Shown here one piece after another: positions 57,675 to 64,000 of a stretch of DNA of 64,000 bases. A program made the translations under genes and the position numbers. Every line of letters starts with the position of its first letter. Position 1 is the first letter of the stretch. The notes under the pieces are model-generated. The model saw only the letters and a program-made list of their open reading frames with translations, had not been told where the DNA came from and made no database searches. The DNA lies in the NCBI GenBank assembly GCA_045603225.1, contig JAZULT010000100.1:249-64248 (forward strand). Reading direction: 5' to 3'. This DNA comes from Clostridia bacterium (GTDB lineage Bacteria; Bacillota; Clostridia; UBA1381).

Positions 57675-60600
57675 ATGAAAAAAACTTTATCAGCCATGTT
57701 GGCTACGGCAATGCTTATAACAGCAATGCCAATGAGTGTAATTCACGCAGAGACTAATGATACGTATTTTACCGAGCAGAGAACAGTTGACTACGATTCT
57801 GCATGGGGAGCTAATGCGTGGAAAGTTATTTCGAGTCAGACTACAAATACCGACTATACATTCATAGTAAAAAATGGTGAAAATAATGAGTCGTTTTCTC
57901 TCTTGGAAGTTGATGCGGACGGAACATCATCTAAGTATTTTGTAATAGCAAATCAAACATACGGCAAACGTCAGCAGTTCGCAGTAAATGCCGATGTTGC
58001 AAATTACTGGAAAAATCCCACAACAGAGGAAAAAACAGCATTAAACAACAATATCGATTCAATTGCAAGCAAATATAATACATATTGGTTAGACGGTCAA
58101 CATTTTGAAAAAGGTTGGAGCTTAAATGGATATTCATATCTTTTCGGAACATCCCCTTTGATTTCTTATATAGATAATTCCCATGTGTGGACATGTGAGC
58201 CAACCCCAAATGCAGCAGTTCCTAATGATAAGTATACATTTACAGCAGGTATTGCTCTGCCGTCAGCAAGTGAAATTAATACATATGCTGACAGATTTGG
58301 TATTGCAGAAACAGGGGCAGACGGATTTGCAACAAGAACTATGATAAACTATAATAACGGAACTAACCGTTATATAGGTGTCGCAAAGCCATGGTCAACA
58401 AATCAATGGTATCCGGCACAGACTTTATTGCCTCAGACAGCAAGCTTGCAAATTCGACCTGTATGTTGGTTAAATGAAGACTTTTTTGCAAATGTGCCTG
58501 TTGATTTAGCTACTGCAGGAGCAGCTGTTAAACAGGAAATTAAAAAACAGGATGTATCAGAGTTACTTGAAATCTATTCAGAAACAGATCTTGAGAACTA
58601 TCTCGGAATGGATATTTACACAGTTACAATTAAAACTCTGTCAGGTGAAGCTATTGCCTACGGTGAGACTTTGAAAGCTTCAGTTGACGGTAAGGATTCT
58701 TCTGTAACATGGCAGAGAGTAGACTCTGAAGGTAATGCAGAAGAAATTGCAAACGGAACAGAGTATATTGTAACTGAGGCTGATATGGGATATTCTATTC
58801 AGGCAACTGACGGAAAAGTTACATCAGCTCCGGCACTGATTGAAAATTATGTTAAAACTTATAATACAAACAGTAGCTATAAGATGAATAAAACATCAGA
58901 TGCAAATGCTTTATTTAAAGTGAAGGATAGCGAAAGAGAGTTTGTTCTTGCAAAAACATTCAATAATAAAGAGTCGAAGTATTTTGTAGCCGCAAATGAG
59001 ACTTATGGTACAAAGCAATGGTATACAGACGGAAGAGAAGTAACATTGTCAGATCAAATTACAAAGGTGACACTTACACCAATATGGAACCCAAATGCCG
59101 GGACTGATGATGTGTTAGCATACTGGATGAATGGTACATTTATTAAATCCGGAAACGGCGGAAAACTCCCTCAGGAAATTATAAATTATATCAATATGAA
59201 CCATATCTGGAGAACAGAGGGTACTACAACCAGACCGTCAGATAATGTAGAAAGTTATGTATGTACAGCAGGTGTTGTGGCACCATCATTTTCCGAATTA
59301 CAGCATTATACAAAAATTGGTTATAATGTATTAAATTATGACGGAACTCCGGTATCGGCACAGAAAATATTCAGTAGAACTCCCGTTGACAGACCAAGTG
59401 CATCGGCATATCAGTGGTCTTTGAGTTTCTATTTAACAAGTACAAGTTCTAATGATACACAGTGTTACTCAAACCATACAGGAGGCGCTGCAAACGGTAT
59501 AAGACCTGTATTCTACTTGAAAGACGGATTTTTTGCAAATGTCGCAATTGATCTTAAAACTGCAGGTGCAGACGTTTTAGAAGAAATCAAAAAAGAAGAT
59601 ATTGATGCACTTCGTGAACTTTACACAGATTCAGAGCTTACAACATATTTAAGCATTGACTTAAGTCAGTATCCTGAGATTAAAACATATAGCGGTGAAG
59701 ATTTAGCATACGGTGAAACAGTTTATTCTACTGTTTCAGATGCAACATGGAAGATTAATAACGAGGAGATCAGCGTTTCAAATAATTCTTATATTATTAC
59801 AGAAGCAGATGCAGGAAAGACAATTGCTGTAGAGTATGAAAAAGACGGAAAAGTTTACAAAAACAGCTATGATATTCCGGCACTTGAAAATTCACCTCAT
59901 TCACCGAACAATGCAATTACTGCAAGTAAGGAATCAGAAAATATTATTAAAGTCGACGGCAGAAGTTTTACGGTTGTTGAAGACTTTAACAATAAAAAAT
60001 CAACATTTTTTGTTGTTGCAAATGAGATTTACGGAAACTACAGTGTTACATCAAGAAAGATGAACCCGGAAGCTGACGGTAATGTAATGAAGTATCTGAA
60101 CGGTACATTTAAAACTTCCGGAACGGAAGATGGCAAGAAATTACCTCAGAATATTATAAACTATATTGACAATGACCATATCTGGTTGACTGAAGGTACA
60201 CCTCTCTATACTGCAGACCCTATGGAAAGCTACACATTTACTGCCGGAATTTCAATTCCGTCTGTAAATGAAATAAAACGATACAAAGATACCTTTGGTT
60301 GGTATGCAACAGCATTTGACGGAAGTACATTTGCCCCATACTGGACAAGAACGGCAGCAAACCACGCAACAGGCGAATGGGTATATGTTGCAAATGGTGG
60401 TGCACAATCTGATACACAGGTTGTTATGTCTCACTGGAACCTTGACGGTTCAACAGGTATAAGACCTGAATTCTATTTAAATGAAGACTTCTTCAGAAAT
60501 GTAGCAATTGACAATTTCAGCGACTTAAGACGTGACAGTGCATTAACCGAGATGCTGACATCACGTTATTCAATGGAAGAGATGTATGCGCTCTACGGAC

Positions 60601-61070
60601 CAAAGGGTCAGGACATATTTGATAAGCAGGGACTTCTGGATTTAGGTTTTATATCAGACGGTTCAAACCTTGAAGTGACATTTAAAAACGCAGACGATGA
60701 GGAATTTAATACATTAGAAGGTCAGACGGAAATTTGTGCAGAAATTGTAGTTACAGCTGGTAAAAAAGCCGTAAATACTATTGCAATATTTGCTTTATAT
60801 GATGACGAAGGAAGGCTTGTTGCTACAAACTTTGCAAACGTTAATGCGGCATCAGGCGAGAGTAAGAATGTTCCGGTTAAACTGACAGGACTTTCAAATC
60901 TTACTTCTGATTATACAGCAAAAGTAATGTTTGTGAAAGACCTTTCGACTTTGGCACCGGATTTTGATAAAGTTTATTTTACAGAAACAGAGATTAATTC
61001 TGTAGAGACTTTAAGCTTTGATATAGGCGAAGAAACAGATAATTCAGCCGGCGGTTACAATTTTTTTTAG
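57675..61070 (+). CDS. Secreted protein with three DUF6273-like modules, two small beta domains and a C-terminal Ig-like domain. It ends at a TAG immediately after a T8 run.
   Basis: The ATG at 57675 follows aaaaggag. Signal peptide. Modules at about 57849-58607, 58911-59657 and 59937-60641. The stop TAG is at 61068-61070. Confidence 0.8.
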   Translation: MKKTLSAMLATAMLITAMPMSVIHAETNDTYFTEQRTVDYDSAWGANAWKVISSQTTNTDYTFIVKNGENNESFSLLEVDADGTSSKYFVIANQTYGKRQQFAVNADVANYWKNPTTEEKTALNNNIDSIASKYNTYWLDGQHFEKGWSLNGYSYLFGTSPLISYIDNSHVWTCEPTPNAAVPNDKYTFTAGIALPSASEINTYADRFGIAETGADGFATRTMINYNNGTNRYIGVAKPWSTNQWYPAQTLLPQTASLQIRPVCWLNEDFFANVPVDLATAGAAVKQEIKKQDVSELLEIYSETDLENYLGMDIYTVTIKTLSGEAIAYGETLKASVDGKDSSVTWQRVDSEGNAEEIANGTEYIVTEADMGYSIQATDGKVTSAPALIENYVKTYNTNSSYKMNKTSDANALFKVKDSEREFVLAKTFNNKESKYFVAANETYGTKQWYTDGREVTLSDQITKVTLTPIWNPNAGTDDVLAYWMNGTFIKSGNGGKLPQEIINYINMNHIWRTEGTTTRPSDNVESYVCTAGVVAPSFSELQHYTKIGYNVLNYDGTPVSAQKIFSRTPVDRPSASAYQWSLSFYLTSTSSNDTQCYSNHTGGAANGIRPVFYLKDGFFANVAIDLKTAGADVLEEIKKEDIDALRELYTDSELTTYLSIDLSQYPEIKTYSGEDLAYGETVYSTVSDATWKINNEEISVSNNSYIITEADAGKTIAVEYEKDGKVYKNSYDIPALENSPHSPNNAITASKESENIIKVDGRSFTVVEDFNNKKSTFFVVANEIYGNYSVTSRKMNPEADGNVMKYLNGTFKTSGTEDGKKLPQNIINYIDNDHIWLTEGTPLYTADPMESYTFTAGISIPSVNEIKRYKDTFGWYATAFDGSTFAPYWTRTAANHATGEWVYVANGGAQSDTQVVMSHWNLDGSTGIRPEFYLNEDFFRNVAIDNFSDLRRDSALTEMLTSRYSMEEMYALYGPKGQDIFDKQGLLDLGFISDGSNLEVTFKNADDEEFNTLEGQTEICAEIVVTAGKKAVNTIAIFALYDDEGRLVATNFANVNAASGESKNVPVKLTGLSNLTSDYTAKVMFVKDLSTLAPDFDKVYFTETEINSVETLSFDIGEETDNSAGGYNFF
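61061..61068 (+). repeat. T8 homopolymer at the junction of two reading frames
   Basis: The sequence is acaaTTTTTTTTaggagag. The upstream ORF reads AAT TTT TTT TAG. The -1 frame reads TTA GGA GAG CCA... and is open through to 62554. Confidence 0.95.
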
Positions 61071-61135
61071 GAGAGCCAATTGCAATTTCCGTAACTGCTG
61101 ATACTTCAAACGGTGGAACTGATTTCGCCTATGAG

Positions 61136-62554
61136 GTGACGGACTTTTACGGTGATGTTGTAAAAAGGAACGGAAAAAAATATTGCGGAGAGGGAACAGT
61201 TACAGTTTCCCTCTCAGGTCTTGATACAGGTTATTATGAAATAACAGCATATAATAACTTGTCAGATGAAAAAGAGCAATTGGCTAAGACTTCATTTTCA
61301 ATATTAGAAGAACATGAATTCGGGTCGGCAGAGGATTCATATTTTGGTATGAATATGCATATGTACAGAGGCTCTACCGGGGATAAAAACGGTTGGGGGT
61401 ATAATTTAATTAAAAACGCCTATAGTATCGGAGCTATGACGATTCGTGACGGAAGAGAATGGACTGATGCTGAAAACCCAAAAGGAACCTATAACTTTAA
61501 ATACGCTCAGTTTATGGATATGATAGAAAATCGCAACATGGACTGGATTATGATAACAGGTTTTACTAATCAAAACTATGATAACGGTTTACCGCCGTAT
61601 ACCGATACAGGACGACAGGGATTTGCAAACTATTCAAAAGCAGCATTTGACCAGTATTCGGGATTTTTAAAATATCAGGAAATGTTTAATGAATGGTGGA
61701 AATATCGTGATGACGGCATAGAGCAAGTAAAAGGAACATACGATGAGTATCTTGAACTTGCAAAAATTGTCTATGAGACTATAGATAAAGAAAACTATCC
61801 TGATGCGGTTTTGTTTGGTGAGCTTAGTGCTGATATTGATGGCTGGTCAAAGCCTTTGATAGAGTCAGGTCTTACAGAATATATAGATGCTGCAGCATTG
61901 CATCGATATGGAATAAGCTACAGAGAAGAAAGTCCTGTACATCTCCCGGAGGATGATGTTGTAACCTCAGAAATCAAAAAAATCAGAGAATTGCTTGATG
62001 CAAATGGAGGAGAGAATAAACCAATCTGGTTAACGGAAACAGGATACACCACAACAATTAACAAATACGGTGTATCAGAATATGAACAAGCAAAATATTT
62101 ACCGAGACTTTTATTAAACTTTATTTCAGAAGGTGCCCAAAAAGTTTTCTGGTACGACCTTTTAGATGATGGAGTGGCGGATTATGCAGATAAAGGAGCA
62201 ACACACGAATATCATTTTGGACTGTTGCGTTCGAAGTTAAATGAATTGGGAGGATATTCTCCAAAACCTGCATATGTTACATATGGTGTTTTAACCCGTG
62301 CTTTAGATGGAAAGTTTTTTTCTGAAAAGCAAATAAAAGATGAGAATATCTACCGCTATATATTTAGAAACGATAATTCTGAAACATCGGCTTTATGTGC
62401 TGTAAGCAATACAGAGGTTACATTAAAAGCTGATAACAAATTGACGGTTACAGATATTATGGGAAGAAAATCAGAATTAATTCCTGAAAACGGGGAGATT
62501 ACCTTTATTTTAACAGGAGAAATGATTTATATTGACGGAGAATTTTCACTTTAA
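61136..62554 (+). CDS. Clan GH-A-like hydrolase paralog lacking signal peptide and SLH domains, probably the 3' part of a frameshifted or fused gene
   Basis: Paralog of residues about 240-700 of the 50575 protein (GYYEITAYNN vs GYYELYITARD, AKTSF, FNEWWK, IWLTETGYTT). The frame is open from 61043. The GTG at 61136 has no obvious RBS. Confidence 0.6.
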   Translation: MTDFYGDVVKRNGKKYCGEGTVTVSLSGLDTGYYEITAYNNLSDEKEQLAKTSFSILEEHEFGSAEDSYFGMNMHMYRGSTGDKNGWGYNLIKNAYSIGAMTIRDGREWTDAENPKGTYNFKYAQFMDMIENRNMDWIMITGFTNQNYDNGLPPYTDTGRQGFANYSKAAFDQYSGFLKYQEMFNEWWKYRDDGIEQVKGTYDEYLELAKIVYETIDKENYPDAVLFGELSADIDGWSKPLIESGLTEYIDAAALHRYGISYREESPVHLPEDDVVTSEIKKIRELLDANGGENKPIWLTETGYTTTINKYGVSEYEQAKYLPRLLLNFISEGAQKVFWYDLLDDGVADYADKGATHEYHFGLLRSKLNELGGYSPKPAYVTYGVLTRALDGKFFSEKQIKDENIYRYIFRNDNSETSALCAVSNTEVTLKADNKLTVTDIMGRKSELIPENGEITFILTGEMIYIDGEFSL

Positions 62555-62558
62555 TGTA

Positions 62559-62588
62559 TTGACATATTAAAAACATTTGTGATATAAT
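62559..62588 (+). promoter_or_regulatory. Sigma-A type promoter upstream of the isomerase gene
   Basis: TTGACA (62559-62564), 18 nt spacer, TGaTATAAT (-10 at 62583-62588). Confidence 0.5.
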
Positions 62589-62624
62589 TGCTCATAATAA
62601 AAGATGCGAAAGGGAAATGATATT

Positions 62625-63479
62625 ATGAAAATAGGATTATCAGCAAACATGTACCAAAATGCATATGACCGATGGGGAGAATTTCGGTACAAGAAATTAA
62701 AAGAGCATGGATTTTCGGCAATGGATTTTGGAATGGCTAACACAGATTCTGCCATTTACATAGCATCAGAAGAAGAGCTTCGCAAAATGATGGATAATGA
62801 AAAGCATTTAGCAGAAGAGGCGGAAATTGAGATTTCTCAGGTTCACGGTCCATGGCGTTGGCCTGCTTGTGATTTGACAGAAGAAGACAGAAAAGAACGG
62901 ATGGAGAAAATGAAAAAATCCATTTACGCGACTTATCTTTTAGGCTGTCAAAACTGGGTTATTCATCCTATAATGCCATACGGCGTTGAAGAAATTGATA
63001 CGGAAAATGCTGAAAAAACATGGGAATTAAATCTTTCTTTTATGAGGGAACTTTTAAAAACTGCGAAAGGATATGGAGTTACAATATGTCTTGAGAATAT
63101 GCCTATGCATAAGTTTTCTATTGCAAAGCCCAAAGATATTTTGAAAATGGTCAAAACGATTAATGATGATAATTTTAAAATTTGCCTGGATACAGGACAT
63201 GTCAGTGTATTTCCTGATTTATCAGTAGGGGATGAAGTAAGAGCTTTAGGGGAAGAAATCCGCACACTTCACATCCATGATAACCGATTTGAAAGAGATT
63301 TGCACTTACCTCCGTTTTATGGAGAAATTAATTGGGCTGACTTTGCAAAGTCTTTAAAAGATATTAATTATGATGGGGTGTTCTCTCTGGAAACTTTGCC
63401 TCCGGCAAATCTTGATGATGATATATTTGAAGCTTTATGTATTCAGCTTTATAAAATATCAGACAGAATTATAAACTGA
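62625..63479 (+). CDS. Sugar phosphate isomerase/epimerase (xylose isomerase-like TIM barrel) family protein
   Basis: The ATG at 62625 follows gaaaggga. The layout is typical of AP endonuclease 2/xylose isomerase-like TIM barrels (ICLENMP, LDTGH, LHIHDN). Confidence 0.8.
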   Translation: MKIGLSANMYQNAYDRWGEFRYKKLKEHGFSAMDFGMANTDSAIYIASEEELRKMMDNEKHLAEEAEIEISQVHGPWRWPACDLTEEDRKERMEKMKKSIYATYLLGCQNWVIHPIMPYGVEEIDTENAEKTWELNLSFMRELLKTAKGYGVTICLENMPMHKFSIAKPKDILKMVKTINDDNFKICLDTGHVSVFPDLSVGDEVRALGEEIRTLHIHDNRFERDLHLPPFYGEINWADFAKSLKDINYDGVFSLETLPPANLDDDIFEALCIQLYKISDRIIN

Positions 63480-63514
63480 AAATTAATCCCATTGATAAAA
63501 AAAACCGCTTAGCT

Positions 63515-64000
63515 TGAACCCATCCCTGTCAAGTAGACAGTGTAAATAACAAAAATTTTATGAAATACATCCCATGTTTTTATGGGGTGTATATTTTTAT
63601 GCTACCATTAACTCATGGTACTCCATCGGCGATAAACAACCGAGTTTTTCTTGATAACGATTGTTATTGTAATAATAGATATAATTTTCAATAGCTTCCT
63701 TTAATTCTTCATATGTATTGAATTTGTTCAAATAGTACATCTCTGTTTTGAGAATACCCCAAAAGCCTTCCATTGGTCCGTTATCGATGCATTTACCAAC
63801 TCTTGACATACTCTGTATCATATGTGCCTGCTGAAGCTTGTGTTTAAAAACAGGGCTTGTATATTGGAATCCTCTATCACTATGAAATAACGGTGTTGCA
63901 CCGGGATTTTCAGAAATAGCAATATCAAATGTTTCAAAAACAAGCTCGTTATTGTTTTTGTGTCCTAATACAAAAGATACAATTCTTCTGTCGTACAAAT
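63515..64000 (-). mobile_element. IS3-family insertion sequence, 3' end. The terminal boundary is tentatively the TG at 63515.
   Basis: The transposase stop is at 63597-63599. IS3 elements end in TG...CA. TGAACCCATCCCTGTCAAGTAGACAGTG starts 82 nt beyond the stop. The other end is outside the window, so the inverted repeat cannot be confirmed. Confidence 0.45.
63597..64000 (-). CDS. IS3-family transposase (OrfB, DDE integrase core C-terminal part), partial at the window edge
   Basis: HSDRGFQYTS (second Asp region), SMSRVGKCIDNGPMEGFWGILKTE (catalytic Glu region) and YYNNNRYQEKLG are IS3 hallmarks. The ORF continues beyond 64000. Confidence 0.9.
   Translation of the reverse strand, partial: LYDRRIVSFVLGHKNNNELVFETFDIAISENPGATPLFHSDRGFQYTSPVFKHKLQQAHMIQSMSRVGKCIDNGPMEGFWGILKTEMYYLNKFNTYEELKEAIENYIYYYNNNRYQEKLGCLSPMEYHELMVA

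Overview
This is a low-GC Firmicutes (Clostridia-like) chromosomal segment, almost entirely coding. From about 1 to 45 kb it is core housekeeping on the + strand. In order: a GGGtGRT/NifU-like pair (- strand), a SWIM-SNF2 helicase, gdpP-rplI-dnaB-tilS-ftsH, a lipoprotein, a phosphosugar mutase and a MATE pump. Then come an aromatic amino acid operon (aroF-tyrA-aroB-aroA-aroC-pheA) and the rimP-nusA-ylxR-L7Ae-infB-rbfA-nrnA-truB-ribF cluster. These are followed by a GlmU-like gene, an ABC-F gene, pth-mfd, a methyltransferase, an SCP2 protein with a KKET tail, coaX, an HD protein and hydG-hydF. From about 45 to 64 kb the content is accessory. An AraC regulator is divergent from a roughly 16 kb same-strand cluster encoding three SLH (S-layer homology) proteins, one of them carrying a clan GH-A-like hydrolase plus a CBM9-like domain. 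The cluster also encodes three tandem secreted paralogs with 1, 2 and 3 DUF6273-like modules, a second signal-less hydrolase ORF and a TIM-barrel isomerase, and it ends at an IS3-family transposase at the window edge. No rRNA, tRNA or CRISPR was seen. Five observations stand out. (1) A 27-codon Phe/Tyr-rich leader ORF with terminator and antiterminator helices lies upstream of the aro operon and may be a ribosome-mediated attenuator. (2) A T8 tract sits exactly at the junction between the 3-module protein and the hydrolase ORF. A one-base shift fuses the two, and homology to the paralog runs across the junction. (3) The DUF6273-like module copy number runs 1-2-3 across adjacent genes. (4) The GlmU-like gene has a decayed and truncated uridyltransferase domain. 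(5) An in-frame TAA splits the GGGtGRT gene. All product calls rest on motif and family recognition by eye; no searches were run.
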